Below, piece after piece: positions 36,678-46,084 of a stretch of 64,000 bases of DNA. The stretch lies in the NCBI GenBank assembly GCA_903885565.1, contig CAISJI010000230.1, forward strand, positions 5,177 to 69,176, given 5' to 3'. The stretch's first letter is position 1. Each line of letters begins with the position of its first letter. Made by a program: the position numbers and the translations under genes. The notes under the pieces are model-generated. The model saw only the letters and a list, made by a program, of their open reading frames with translations. It was not told the DNA's origin and ran no database searches. This DNA comes from an uncultured Planctomycetaceae bacterium. Lineage in GTDB: Bacteria; Planctomycetota; Planctomycetia; Pirellulales; UBA1268.

Positions 36678-39600
36678 ATGAGCCGCCGTCCGTTCACGCT
36701 GATCCTGTCCGCGATCGCGATCGTGATCGTGCTGTCGCCGCGTGGCCGCGCGGACGAACAAGCGCCCGCCGCCGTCGACTTCGATCGCCAGATCGCCCCG
36801 CTGCTGGTCACGCGCTGCCTCCCATGCCATTCCGGCCCCGCCCCCGACGGAGGGCTGTCGCTCGTCGATGCCGCCGCCGCGGCGAAGGGGGGGGAGCGTG
36901 GCCCAGCCCTTGAGCCGGGCACAACCGGGAGCCTCCTCTGGCAGCGGGTGGAAGGAGACGAAATGCCCCCCGACCGACCGCTGCCACCGGAAGAAAAAGC
37001 ACTCCTCCGGGCCTGGCTCGATGCCGGGAGCCTCTGGGGAAAACAGCCGCTCGATCCCCTCGCCTATAGCACCCAGAAGCGCGCCGGCCGCGACTGGTGG
37101 TCGCTCCAGCCGATCGAGGCGCCGCCGCTCCCGGCCACAGCGCGCGATCGGTGGGCGCGCGGCCCGATCGATGCCTGGGTGCTCGACCGGCTCAGGCGTT
37201 CCGGTCTCGAGCCCTCCCCACTGGCCGATCCCCCCATCCTCATCCGGCGGCTGTTCATCGATCTCATCGGCCTTCCTCCGAGCCCGGAGCAGGTCGAGGC
37301 CTTCATGGCCGATCCCTCGGATGCCGCCTGGGCCAGCCTCGTCGACGACCTCCTCGCCTCGCCCCACTATGGCGAACGCTGGGGGAGGCACTGGCTCGAC
37401 ATCGTCCGCTACACCGAGAGCGAAGGATTTGAATACGACCATCCGCGCGACCGCGCCTGGCACTACCGCGACTATGTCATCAGGAGCTTGAACGAAGACA
37501 AGCCCTACGACCGCTTCATGCAGGAGCAGATCGCCGGCGATGTCATAGAGCCGGTGACCAGCGACGGCATCATCGCCACGAGCATGCTCGTCTGCGGCGC
37601 CTGGGACAGGGCTGGCAACGCGCAGGCCAACGCCACGCAGCGCGCCATCACGCGCGAGGAAGAGATGGAAGACATGATCAGCGTCGTCGGCCAAACCTTC
37701 CTCGGCCTGACGCTCAATTGCGCCCGCTGCCATCCCCACAAATTCGACCCTGTACCCCAGGAAGACTACTTCCGCATCAAGGCGATCTTCGACGGTGTCA
37801 AGCATGGGGAGCGGCCGATCACTTCCCCGAGCGAACTCGCGGCCCGCGAGCAGAAGGCGGCGGCCCGCGCCGAGATCATTGCCGCCGAGCGGGGGACGAT
37901 CGCCGCTCTCGAACGGGAAGGGGCGCGGCGAGCGGCGCAGCGCAATCCCAATCGCGTCGCGGCCCCCCCCGGACCGGCACCGCTGATCCGCTGGACGTTT
38001 CAGGACGCCGCGACGCCGGCCGGTGGGAAACTCCACGGGGGAGCCGAGGTCAGCGCTGGCAGGCTCCGGCTCCGCAAGGCGGCCGAGTCATACTTCGAAA
38101 GTGATCCGATCCCCGAGACGATCCGCGAGAAAACACTCGAAGCGTGGGTCGTGCTCTTGGATCCCGACCAAGGCGGCGGCGGGGCGATCTCGATTGAGAA
38201 CAGCACTGACCGAGATTTCGACGCGATCGTGTTTGGTGAACGGCAGCCGCGAAAGTGGATCGCCGGCAGCGGCGGTTTCGCGCGAACGCACGACCTCGAG
38301 GCCCCGCAGGAGCCGACGCCGGCCGGGCAGCCGGTCCACATGGCGGCGGTCTACCGGGCCGACAACAGCATCACGCTCTACCGCAACGGTGAGCGCTACG
38401 CCCCCCCGTATGTTCCCGCCGCAGGGCTGCGGACGTTTGAGAGGGGGGCGGCGACGGTGCTCCTCGGCCTGCGGCATCACGGCGCCGGCAACGGTTTCCT
38501 CGATGGCGAGATTCTCCAGGCCGGTCTTTACGCCAAGGCCCTCGACGACGCGGAGGTGGCCGCCGCTTTCCGGGCGGGCGAGGTTGCCTTTTCGCAGGAG
38601 GAAATCCTCGCCTGCCTCGACGACGTGGAGCGGGCCAGCCACGTCCGGGCGACCGAGCGGATCGACGCACTTGAAGCTGAGGCAGAGGCGGTCTCCGCCA
38701 CAGCCGAGATCTCGTATGTCGGCGTCCGTGTCGAGCCCCCGCCGACGGCCCTCCTCCTGCGGGGAAGCGTCACATCCCCCGCTGCGATCATGACGCCTGC
38801 CGGGCTCTCCGCCATCACCGCGGTCGATCCCGATTTGGGACTCACACCTGACGCCCCCGAGGCCCAGCGACGGCGGCGCTTTGCCGCCTGGATCGCTGCT
38901 CCCGCCAATCCCCTGCCCCCCCGCGTCATCGCCAATCGGGTGTGGCAATACCACTTCGGCCGGGGGCTCGTGGCAACACCGAGCGATTTCGGTTTCAACG
39001 GCGGCCGACCGAGCCACCCGGAGCTCCTCGACTGGCTGGCGGGCGAGCTTGTGCGTTCGGGCTGGCGGCTCAAGGCGCTCCACCGCGCTATCGTGCTCTC
39101 CTCAACCTACCGGCAGGCCTCGACCCACGACGAGAAAGGGGCGGCAATCGATGCCGATACGATCCTTCTGTGGCGGTATCCGCCGCGGCGACTCGAAGCC
39201 GAGGCGGTGCGCGACGCGATGCTCGCGGTGAGTGGCGAGCTCAATCCGGCGCTGGGGGGCCCGAGCTTCCGTCCCTTCACGACGACGAGCTTCAATGCCA
39301 CCTTCTACCACCCGCTCGATCGTGACGATCCCGAGTTCAACCGCCGCACCGTCTACCGGATGAATATCAACTCGGGGAAGGAGCCGCTGCTCGACGCCTT
39401 CGATTGCCCGAGCCCATCCGTGAAGACACCGACCCGCGGCGAGACGATCACGCCGCTGCAGGCGCTCTCGCTGATGAACAACAGCTTTGTCCAGCGGCAG
39501 GCCAATCGGCTGGCGGAGCGTGCGCTCGCAGCCGCGGAGGGCGAATTGCCTGTCGCGATCGATCGTGCCTACGAGCGTGTCCTCGGCCGGCGGCCGACCG

Positions 39601-39701
39601 ATGCCCAACGGCAGCGGGCCCTCACCGCGGCACGCGAACGCGGCTTGGCAAGTGTCTGCTGGGCCCTGCTGAACTCCAGTGAGTTTCTCTATGTCCAGTG
39701 A
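36678..39701 (+). CDS. PSCyt1 / DUF1549 / LamG-like insert / DUF1553 protein
   Basis: The ATG at 36678 gives the signal MSRRPFTLILSAIAIVIVLSPRGRA. It has CLPCH, DLIGLPPSPEQVEAF, CARCHPHKFDPV and NPLPPRVIANRVWQYHFG...HPELLDWLA. An extra ~200-aa concanavalin/LamG-like segment is present (TLEAWVVLLD...AAVYRADNSITLYRNGERY...LDGEILQAGLYAKAL). Confidence 0.88.
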   Translation: MSRRPFTLILSAIAIVIVLSPRGRADEQAPAAVDFDRQIAPLLVTRCLPCHSGPAPDGGLSLVDAAAAAKGGERGPALEPGTTGSLLWQRVEGDEMPPDRPLPPEEKALLRAWLDAGSLWGKQPLDPLAYSTQKRAGRDWWSLQPIEAPPLPATARDRWARGPIDAWVLDRLRRSGLEPSPLADPPILIRRLFIDLIGLPPSPEQVEAFMADPSDAAWASLVDDLLASPHYGERWGRHWLDIVRYTESEGFEYDHPRDRAWHYRDYVIRSLNEDKPYDRFMQEQIAGDVIEPVTSDGIIATSMLVCGAWDRAGNAQANATQRAITREEEMEDMISVVGQTFLGLTLNCARCHPHKFDPVPQEDYFRIKAIFDGVKHGERPITSPSELAAREQKAAARAEIIAAERGTIAALEREGARRAAQRNPNRVAAPPGPAPLIRWTFQDAATPAGGKLHGGAEVSAGRLRLRKAAESYFESDPIPETIREKTLEAWVVLLDPDQGGGGAISIENSTDRDFDAIVFGERQPRKWIAGSGGFARTHDLEAPQEPTPAGQPVHMAAVYRADNSITLYRNGERYAPPYVPAAGLRTFERGAATVLLGLRHHGAGNGFLDGEILQAGLYAKALDDAEVAAAFRAGEVAFSQEEILACLDDVERASHVRATERIDALEAEAEAVSATAEISYVGVRVEPPPTALLLRGSVTSPAAIMTPAGLSAITAVDPDLGLTPDAPEAQRRRRFAAWIAAPANPLPPRVIANRVWQYHFGRGLVATPSDFGFNGGRPSHPELLDWLAGELVRSGWRLKALHRAIVLSSTYRQASTHDEKGAAIDADTILLWRYPPRRLEAEAVRDAMLAVSGELNPALGGPSFRPFTTTSFNATFYHPLDRDDPEFNRRTVYRMNINSGKEPLLDAFDCPSPSVKTPTRGETITPLQALSLMNNSFVQRQANRLAERALAAAEGELPVAIDRAYERVLGRRPTDAQRQRALTAARERGLASVCWALLNSSEFLYVQ

Positions 39702-41181
39702 CTCTCCACTGTCGCGTGAATCCCTCCCGGCCTCGGGTCAGGGCATGGCACCACCCCCACTCGTGCCCCGGCGTCACTTCCTCTCCAGCTCCAGCGGGAG
39801 TCTGGCGGGCGTTGCCCTAGCCTGGCTGCTCGCCAGGGAGGTGTCGGCGCGGGCGCCGAAACAGAGTCCGGCAGGTGCTGACTCCGGCCTCCACTTCCCC
39901 GCCAGGGCGAAACGCGTTGTGCAGATCTTCTGCAGCGGCGGCGTCAGCCATCTCGAGACCTTCGACCCCAAGCCCGAGCTCGAGCGTCTCGACGGCAAGT
40001 CGCTCGAGGGGAAGGGGGAGAATCTGGGGTTCTTCGGCCAGCCGGGGATGCTCATGAAGAGCGTCTATCCCTTCGCGAGGCATGGGGAGAGTGGCTCGTG
40101 GGTCAGCAGCCTCCTACCGCACATAGCAAGCTGCGCCGACGATCTCTGCTTCATCCACTCGATGGTCGCCAAGAGCAACAACCACACGCCGGCCACCTTC
40201 CACATGAACAGCGGCTTCACGCTCAACGGCTTCCCCTCCATGGGGGCCTGGTTGAGCTACGGCCTGGGGACGATCAACGAAGACCTCCCGGCCTTCGTCG
40301 TCCTCCCCGATCCCCGCGGCCAGCCGGCGGGCGGATCGATCAACTGGACCAGTGGCTTCCTCCCCGCCAACCATCAGGGAGTTGCCTTCCGCACCGACGG
40401 CAGCGACCCGATCGCTGACCTCCGCACGCCGGCTGGCCTCTCCACGACCGATCGCGTGGCTGATCTCCGCCTCCTCGAAACCATGAACGGCGACTTCGCC
40501 CGGCTCCACCCCGGCGACACCGACTTCGCGGCGCGGCTACGGTCGTATGAGCTGGCAGCGAGAATGCAGGTGAGCATCCCGGAGGCGACGAGCTTCGCCG
40601 ACGAGCCGGCGGCCGTGCGGGCGCTCTATGGCATCGACGACCCGACAAACAAGGGTTTTTCCCGGAATTGCCTGATGGCCCGCCGGCTTCTCGAGCGCGG
40701 CGTGCGGTTCGTTCAGCTCTTCAACGGCGGTTCGTTCGGCAGCCCGCGGATCAACTGGGACGGCCACGAGAACATGCTGGAGAACCACGACACGCAGGCA
40801 GCGACGATGGACCGCCCAGTTGCAGCGCTCATCAAGGATCTCAAAGACCGCGGCATGCTCGACGACACGCTCGTTGTCTGGTCGACGGAATTCGGCCGCA
40901 GTCCGGTGACGCAGGGAGTCGGCGCGACCGGCCGCGACCACCATCCCAAGGCCTTTACTTGTTTCCTGGCCGGGGCGGGCGTCAAGGGTGGCCACCATCA
41001 CGGCACGACCGACGACGTCGGCTACGGCGTGGTGGAGAACGAGGTAACGATCCCCGATTTCCACGCCACGATCCTCCACCTCCTCGGCATCGACCATGAG
41101 CAATTGACGTACTATCACAACGGCGTCAATCGTCGGCTGACCGACGTCCACGGCCATCCCATCCGTGGAATCCTCTCCTGA
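39691..41181 (+). CDS. DUF1501 family protein, Tat signal
   Basis: PLVPRRHFLSSSSGSLAGVALAWLL, RAKRVVQIFCSGGVSHLETFDPKP, HSMVAKSNNHTPA, LPAFVVL and GRSP...GRDHH. The start is ATG 39691 or GTG 39679, and both overlap the upstream gene end at 39701. Confidence 0.9.
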   Translation: MSSDSPLSRESLPASGQGMAPPPLVPRRHFLSSSSGSLAGVALAWLLAREVSARAPKQSPAGADSGLHFPARAKRVVQIFCSGGVSHLETFDPKPELERLDGKSLEGKGENLGFFGQPGMLMKSVYPFARHGESGSWVSSLLPHIASCADDLCFIHSMVAKSNNHTPATFHMNSGFTLNGFPSMGAWLSYGLGTINEDLPAFVVLPDPRGQPAGGSINWTSGFLPANHQGVAFRTDGSDPIADLRTPAGLSTTDRVADLRLLETMNGDFARLHPGDTDFAARLRSYELAARMQVSIPEATSFADEPAAVRALYGIDDPTNKGFSRNCLMARRLLERGVRFVQLFNGGSFGSPRINWDGHENMLENHDTQAATMDRPVAALIKDLKDRGMLDDTLVVWSTEFGRSPVTQGVGATGRDHHPKAFTCFLAGAGVKGGHHHGTTDDVGYGVVENEVTIPDFHATILHLLGIDHEQLTYYHNGVNRRLTDVHGHPIRGILS

Positions 41182-41190
41182 GAAAAAGGA

Positions 41191-41288
41191 AAAAAGGTGC
41201 CAGCCACCAAATCTAGGGAAGACAGGTAAAGGTAAGTTGCCGAGACTGCCCACATGTGGTGGCTGGCACCTTTTTCTGGCACCTTTTT
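41191..41288. terminator. Long perfect inverted repeat between convergent genes (candidate bidirectional terminator)
   Basis: aaaaaggtgccagccacca (41191..41209) pairs perfectly with tggtggctggcaccttttt (41257..41275), giving a 19-bp stem and a 47-nt loop. T-runs lie on both outer flanks. The 13-nt unit ctggcaccttttt is tandemly duplicated (41263..41288). Confidence 0.55.
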
Positions 41289-41299
41289 CCCTCGGCCCG

Positions 41300-42475
41300 C
41301 TAGGGCAGCGTTTCCGCCCGCGGCAGGGCCGCTGCCTCGAGGGCCTCGGCCCACCGCTGAGGGTCCTGTCGGGAAATCGTGGCGATCTGTTCCCGCGCCG
41401 CAGGCAACGGACAGGCCGATAGATAGCCCGCTACCGCCCGTCGCAGTTGCGGGTCGGCTGCTCCGGCGGTGTGCCAGATCGCGGCCACGCTCTCCAGGCC
41501 GTCCCAGGCTCCATACCGGGCCGAGTCTACGATTGCCTCGGCCGCCACGGCGGGGCTCTCCACGAGGGCCAGCGTCGCCGCGGCCACAGCGCTCTGCGGC
41601 AATTCCTCTGCCAGATTTTCCCAGGCAAATCGCAGCGCTGAGAGCAGATGCCGCTGGTCGATCGGGCGGCCTGCAGGGCTCAAGAATCCCCGCTCGCGCA
41701 GATAGGCCAGGCCCTGCTCCCCCTCGGCTACCAGTTCACCGCCGAGGATGCCGGCGAACCCAGCGCGGAAATCATTGGCTGGCGTCTCGATTGCAGCATG
41801 GAGCGCGGTGAGGCAGGCGGCACGCTCCTCGGGGCTGGCTCTTCTGGCCGCCACGATTCCCAGTGCCAAACCAAAAAATCCACGCTGCCCCTGACTGACG
41901 CCAGGATCGCTCACCGCCGCGCAGAGGCCCTTGGCATCAAAAGCTCCCGCCGCAGCCACAACAGCGGCAAAGGGCGCGGCGGCAAATTCTGCCAAGGCGT
42001 CGGCCGCGATGCGGGGATCGGGGTGCCAGAGCCGACTGGCAAACCACTCCAGCCGCGTGGGAGCAGCCGTCGCTAGCGGCGGAGCGGCCAACACATGGCC
42101 TAACAGCGTCTCGTCGGCTGAGATAGCGTTCCAGCGGAGGGCTGCCCCCGGTTCGCCGGCGGTTCCCAGCAGCAGGGCCGTGCCGAAAACCTGTCCTGCC
42201 ACCTCCGCTGGCACAAGAGCCCCGACGCGAGCCTCAACGCCTGTCGGCGGACGAACCACCTGCTGAATTCGAAACGGCTGCACGAGCTTGCCATCTGTGG
42301 CCGGTTGCATCTCGCCGGCAGATTCGCCAATCGCCACGCTCTCCGCGGCGTCGCGTTGCTGCGCCAGCGGCACATCCACGGTGCCGCAGAAGGGGCACCC
42401 CGGCGACAGCGTTCCCCCGCACAGGCTGCCAAGCGCCGCAGCCAGCACGAAACAGGCCCGCAGGGAAAACCGCAC
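41300..42475 (-). CDS. Secreted CPFC-motif / HEAT-like repeat protein (paralogue A)
   Basis: The track ORF extends to 42610 and overlaps the AIM24 gene. The GTG at 42475, 6 nt after the AIM24 stop, gives the signal VRFSLRACFVLAAALGSLCGG followed by CPFC. It is colinear with 46843..48438: ADALAEFAAAPFAAV vs RDAYDEFAVAPYEDV, and YLSACPLPAA vs YLKACPLPEA. Confidence 0.65.
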   Translation of the reverse strand: MRFSLRACFVLAAALGSLCGGTLSPGCPFCGTVDVPLAQQRDAAESVAIGESAGEMQPATDGKLVQPFRIQQVVRPPTGVEARVGALVPAEVAGQVFGTALLLGTAGEPGAALRWNAISADETLLGHVLAAPPLATAAPTRLEWFASRLWHPDPRIAADALAEFAAAPFAAVVAAAGAFDAKGLCAAVSDPGVSQGQRGFFGLALGIVAARRASPEERAACLTALHAAIETPANDFRAGFAGILGGELVAEGEQGLAYLRERGFLSPAGRPIDQRHLLSALRFAWENLAEELPQSAVAAATLALVESPAVAAEAIVDSARYGAWDGLESVAAIWHTAGAADPQLRRAVAGYLSACPLPAAREQIATISRQDPQRWAEALEAAALPRAETLP

Positions 42476-42480
42476 GGCCG

Positions 42481-43158
42481 TCAGACTCCTGCCGCCACAG
42501 CCGGGTCGACATTTTCCAGCTGCATGCGGCGACGCCAATAGGGAACAGGGCAGATGAAGAGCCGACCGGTGCCCTCGTAGACCCACGACCGCTCCTGCCC
42601 CGACATCCAATAGCTCAGGAGCGAACGGGTGGGGCGCTGGAGGCGCAGGGAGATGCCACTGGTGCGCGCGACCACAAAGGGTCCGTCGACGACAAGCTTT
42701 CCATGGTCGAGGACGACTTCCTCCACCGGCCCGTTGACCGCCAGTGCCACCTGGCCTTGTCCACGGAGGGCGGTCTTATACCAGAGAAAACCCTCGCCGG
42801 CCCACAATGCCGTGAGAAGCCACTCCCGATAGATCGCCAAATCGACCTCGCCATCGGAAGCCCAGAAGGAGCGGGTGTCGAGAATCCATTTTTCCTCGGG
42901 CTTGACCGTGAAAAGGTGGAAGCCGCCGAGCGTGGAATCGAGAAACACGCTGCCAGTGCCCCGAAACCTGGGACGCAGCAGCGACTCATCGGAGAACAGC
43001 GACACCCACACCGCCCGCAACGACGGCCAGGGGACATCCATCACGATCGATCCCACCATCCGGTTGAGCGCCCCACGCTCGGTGCGCACCGAATCATTCT
43101 CCAGGCTCACCTTCAGCCAGCGGGTGTATTCGGTGCTCTGTACTTCAAATGTTGCCAT
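42481..43158 (-). CDS. AIM24 (DUF124) family protein
   Basis: This 225-aa soluble beta-rich protein begins MATFEVQSTEYTRWLKVSLENDSVRTERGALNRMVGSI. Its length and pattern fit AIM24/TIGR00266 as I recall it. It overlaps the upstream SBP gene by 14 nt. Confidence 0.55.
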   Translation of the reverse strand: MATFEVQSTEYTRWLKVSLENDSVRTERGALNRMVGSIVMDVPWPSLRAVWVSLFSDESLLRPRFRGTGSVFLDSTLGGFHLFTVKPEEKWILDTRSFWASDGEVDLAIYREWLLTALWAGEGFLWYKTALRGQGQVALAVNGPVEEVVLDHGKLVVDGPFVVARTSGISLRLQRPTRSLLSYWMSGQERSWVYEGTGRLFICPVPYWRRRMQLENVDPAVAAGV

Positions 43159-44467
43159 CGATCCTCACCTCCTCCCCCCGCACCAGTCCTCCCTGCGTCC
43201 AGTCGCATTTCCAGCCGGGAAAAGCAACCTGCGGATAGGGTTCCGGAGCCAATGGGGCAGCCGACTCACGCACAATATCAAACTGCCGGTCGCGCCGAAT
43301 CCGTCCCAGCCGGAAATATTTTGTGCAATGCTGCGTCTTCGGGTCGATGCGGATCATTCCACCAGGGCCGTCGTAATCCAACCCATCCCGCAGCGCCGCC
43401 CGCACATCCTCGGTGGCAAACGACCCCGCCTTCTCCACCGCTTTTTTCCACAGGTGGACGAGGCACCAGGCTGGCTCCATCGGGTCGCCCGTGACCCGAT
43501 CGAAGCCAAACTCACGGCGGAAGGCGCTCACCCACTCCTGGTTGGCAGCCAGAGGCACGCTTTGGAAATAGCACGACACCGCATAGTGACCAGCCACGTT
43601 CCCGGGGAGGAGGTTGCGGAGTTCATCCTCGGCGACGCTCGTGGAAACAACGGGAACCCGCTGCGGATCGACGCCTGCTGCGGCGAGATCGGCAAAGAGT
43701 CCGAGGTTGCTGTCGCCGTTGACGGTGTTGAGAACGCAATCGGCCTCGGTTGCAAGAATCTCCCGAACAGCCTCCTTGAAATTGCGTTCCCCCAGCGGCA
43801 GATACCGCTGGCCCACAACCACCATCGGCTTGGTTTCGAGATACTTTTGAACGATGTAGTTCGTCGTGCGGGGATAGACATAGTCGGAGCCGAGAAGAAA
43901 AATCTTCCGCCGCCGTCCCCCTTCATCGCTCAGCAGCCAGTCGATCGCCGGCAGCACCTGTTGGTTGGGTACCGCTCCGCCATAGACCACCTGCGGCGAT
44001 GACTCATTCCCCTCATATTGCACCGGATAAAAGAGCAGCCGGTCTGTTTCCTCAAGGACCGGCAGCATGGCCTTACGACTGGCCGAGGTCCAGCAGCCAA
44101 ACAGGGCCACAACCCCCGCGTCGATCATTTCCCGAGCCCGCTTGGGAAACAGGTCGGCGCGGGAACGCGTGTCGGGAGCCTGAGTCTCCACCATCCGCCC
44201 GAGGATCCCGCCGGCAGCATTGATCTGTTCGCAGGCAAAGAGCTCCGCATCGCGCACTGAGGCCTCGCTGATGGCCATCGTGCCGGTCTGGGAATGAAGC
44301 AAACCGATCGGCACCGTGGCCGACTGCTTGGGCAGGCCCACCGAGCAGCCGACAAACAGGGCTGGCGCCAAAGTCCGCGCTGCCGCCAGCGTGGCCGCCA
44401 CGCCGCCGGTCTGGAGAAACTCCCGCCGGGCCACCGGCCGACTTCTCTTTCGCTCAGTTGACGGCAT
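43145..44467 (-). CDS. AmiC/UrtA/FmdD-type amide/urea-binding periplasmic protein, Tat signal, orphan
   Basis: The ATG at 44467 gives MPSTERKRSRPVARREFLQTGGVAATLAAA. IGLLHSQTGTMAISE..., LFGCWTSASRKAMLPVLEE...LLFYPVQYEG..SPQVVYGGAVPNQQ and FLLGSDYVYPR are colinear with Pseudomonas AmiC as I remember it. No permease or ATPase gene is nearby. Confidence 0.75.
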   Translation of the reverse strand: MPSTERKRSRPVARREFLQTGGVAATLAAARTLAPALFVGCSVGLPKQSATVPIGLLHSQTGTMAISEASVRDAELFACEQINAAGGILGRMVETQAPDTRSRADLFPKRAREMIDAGVVALFGCWTSASRKAMLPVLEETDRLLFYPVQYEGNESSPQVVYGGAVPNQQVLPAIDWLLSDEGGRRRKIFLLGSDYVYPRTTNYIVQKYLETKPMVVVGQRYLPLGERNFKEAVREILATEADCVLNTVNGDSNLGLFADLAAAGVDPQRVPVVSTSVAEDELRNLLPGNVAGHYAVSCYFQSVPLAANQEWVSAFRREFGFDRVTGDPMEPAWCLVHLWKKAVEKAGSFATEDVRAALRDGLDYDGPGGMIRIDPKTQHCTKYFRLGRIRRDRQFDIVRESAAPLAPEPYPQVAFPGWKCDWTQGGLVRGEEVRIDGNI

Positions 44468-44536
44468 CCTGTTCCTCACGCTCTCTGCGGCCCGATCGAT
44501 AGAGCCCGCCTGCTCGGCACGCTGCACGGGCGTGCC

Positions 44537-45322
44537 TCACTCGGAAACCATGTGCTTGTAAAGGGCCTCGAACGGCTCGGCGGAAACGGAAACCTCCCCG
44601 CGGAAGGGATTGTCCATCGCCGCAATCAGGAAGATCATCGTGCCCAGGTAGGCCGCCAACATGCCGCCAAGCAGCATGTGGCCGAGCAGTTTCATGTCAA
44701 ACAGCCACACCATCACCATCGTGAGCACCGCGCCGAGAATCACGACATACCACATCACTGCCGGAATGCAGGTGTTTACTGAAAACAGCCGCATGCGCCG
44801 CGCCTCCAGAAAGTTGTTGAATTGACGCAGAGCCTCGGCGTGGAGAATCTCCTCGGCGGGATTTTGGGGCTGGAAATCGAGCAACTTCTCCTGAAAGGCC
44901 TGTGCCCGGATCGTGCCTTCTGCCGGAACAATCCCGCGCTGCTGCAGGGGCCAGGCGTATTTGATGGTATAGCGCGTGTAGTCGCGGAGTAACCAGGTCA
45001 GATTCTGTCCGTAGGGATCGGGGTAGCGGGAGACATCCTCATAGAGCGCCGAGAGCGCCGCCGCCTCGCGGGTGACATTGGCGGCTGTATCGGAGCCGTT
45101 TTGATAGGCGGTGACGGCGATGAGGCCCAGCAGCAGTCCGTAGAACACGCAGAAACAGGAGAGAATGTAGCCGACCACATCGTTGGCGGCCCGCGTGCTC
45201 TTGATGAACTGCCGCAGGAAGGGGCGCAGGAAAATGGCACCGAGCCAGTAAAACACCACAAACACCGCGATCATCAGGATCGCGAAGTTGGTCGTTGTGA
45301 GGTCATAGACCCAGTAGAGCAT
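44537..45322 (-). CDS. Integral membrane protein, DUF4239-like
   Basis: The ATG at 45322 gives MLYWVYDLTTTNFAILMIAVFVVFYWL. It has two N-terminal TMs, a soluble middle and two C-terminal TMs. The DUF4239 label is tentative. Confidence 0.45.
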   Translation of the reverse strand: MLYWVYDLTTTNFAILMIAVFVVFYWLGAIFLRPFLRQFIKSTRAANDVVGYILSCFCVFYGLLLGLIAVTAYQNGSDTAANVTREAAALSALYEDVSRYPDPYGQNLTWLLRDYTRYTIKYAWPLQQRGIVPAEGTIRAQAFQEKLLDFQPQNPAEEILHAEALRQFNNFLEARRMRLFSVNTCIPAVMWYVVILGAVLTMVMVWLFDMKLLGHMLLGGMLAAYLGTMIFLIAAMDNPFRGEVSVSAEPFEALYKHMVSE

Positions 45323-45507
45323 GGGCTGCTTCCGAATCTGCACAGGCCGGGGGCAGAGGACACGAAGGCTGCGAACACAAGTGGGGTCAGTTCAAGAGTA
45401 GCACCTGTCTGCGGCGCAGGGAAAAAAACCGGGCTGGCCGGAATAGCTGCCTGAAGCGCGTCCGAAAGAGCTGGAACGCCGATCTGGCAGAAGGAGCGAT
45501 GGACGGG

Positions 45508-46080
45508 TTACCGCACATCTTCCCCATCGAGGGCATAGATCGCCAGATGGCCGCCCCCCGGACCGCGCAACTCCTCCACCCGAAACAATCCCGACACCGC
45601 CACCGGGCGGATCGAAAAATCGGCCGTCCTGCCCGCTACCATCCGCACAACCACGCAATCGTGCAGCGCCGCCCCCGGTCCGAAGCAGCATTCCTGATTG
45701 TCGCGCACCAGCACAAACTGCGTCAGCCCCTTCTGCTGGAAGCTCGGCAGCATGTAACCCCGGATGCGGATGCGCTGCTGCTGGAGTGCCTTGACCCCCT
45801 CGGGCAGCACCGCAGGGGTGAAGGGCTGCCCCTTTTCGAGCGGCAGCTTGAGGTCGTCGAACGTGATCTCGTTGATGCGACCGGGCACTGCGGCAGCCAC
45901 CGGGGCGCTGACCGGCTGGGCCACCGCCGCAGCGGGTGCGCCTGACACAGCGGGAGCGACTGGCGCCGGAGCCGTTGCTGGCGGCTGGGGGGGGGCAGGC
46001 CTGCAGGCCGTCACCAACACGGCCACCACGCAGAGCACCCCCCTGTCCAACAATCGGCCATCAACTGGCTTTCTCGACAT
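45508..46080 (-). CDS. DUF3299-like lipoprotein (CCFG motif)
   Basis: The ATG at 46080 gives MSRKPVDGRLLDRGVLCVVAVLVTAC (lipobox), then a P/A-rich linker, then IRIRGYMLPSFQQKGLTQFVLVRDNQECCFGPGAALHDCVVV. It is a paralogue of 46085..46786. Confidence 0.55.
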   Translation of the reverse strand: MSRKPVDGRLLDRGVLCVVAVLVTACRPAPPQPPATAPAPVAPAVSGAPAAAVAQPVSAPVAAAVPGRINEITFDDLKLPLEKGQPFTPAVLPEGVKALQQQRIRIRGYMLPSFQQKGLTQFVLVRDNQECCFGPGAALHDCVVVRMVAGRTADFSIRPVAVSGLFRVEELRGPGGGHLAIYALDGEDVR

Positions 46081-46084
46081 AACG

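Noticed and set aside
41165-41422. 85-aa plus-strand ORF spanning the convergent intergenic hairpin
   Set aside because: It runs through the 19-bp inverted repeat and then antisense into the CPFC gene. It has no RBS or family signal.
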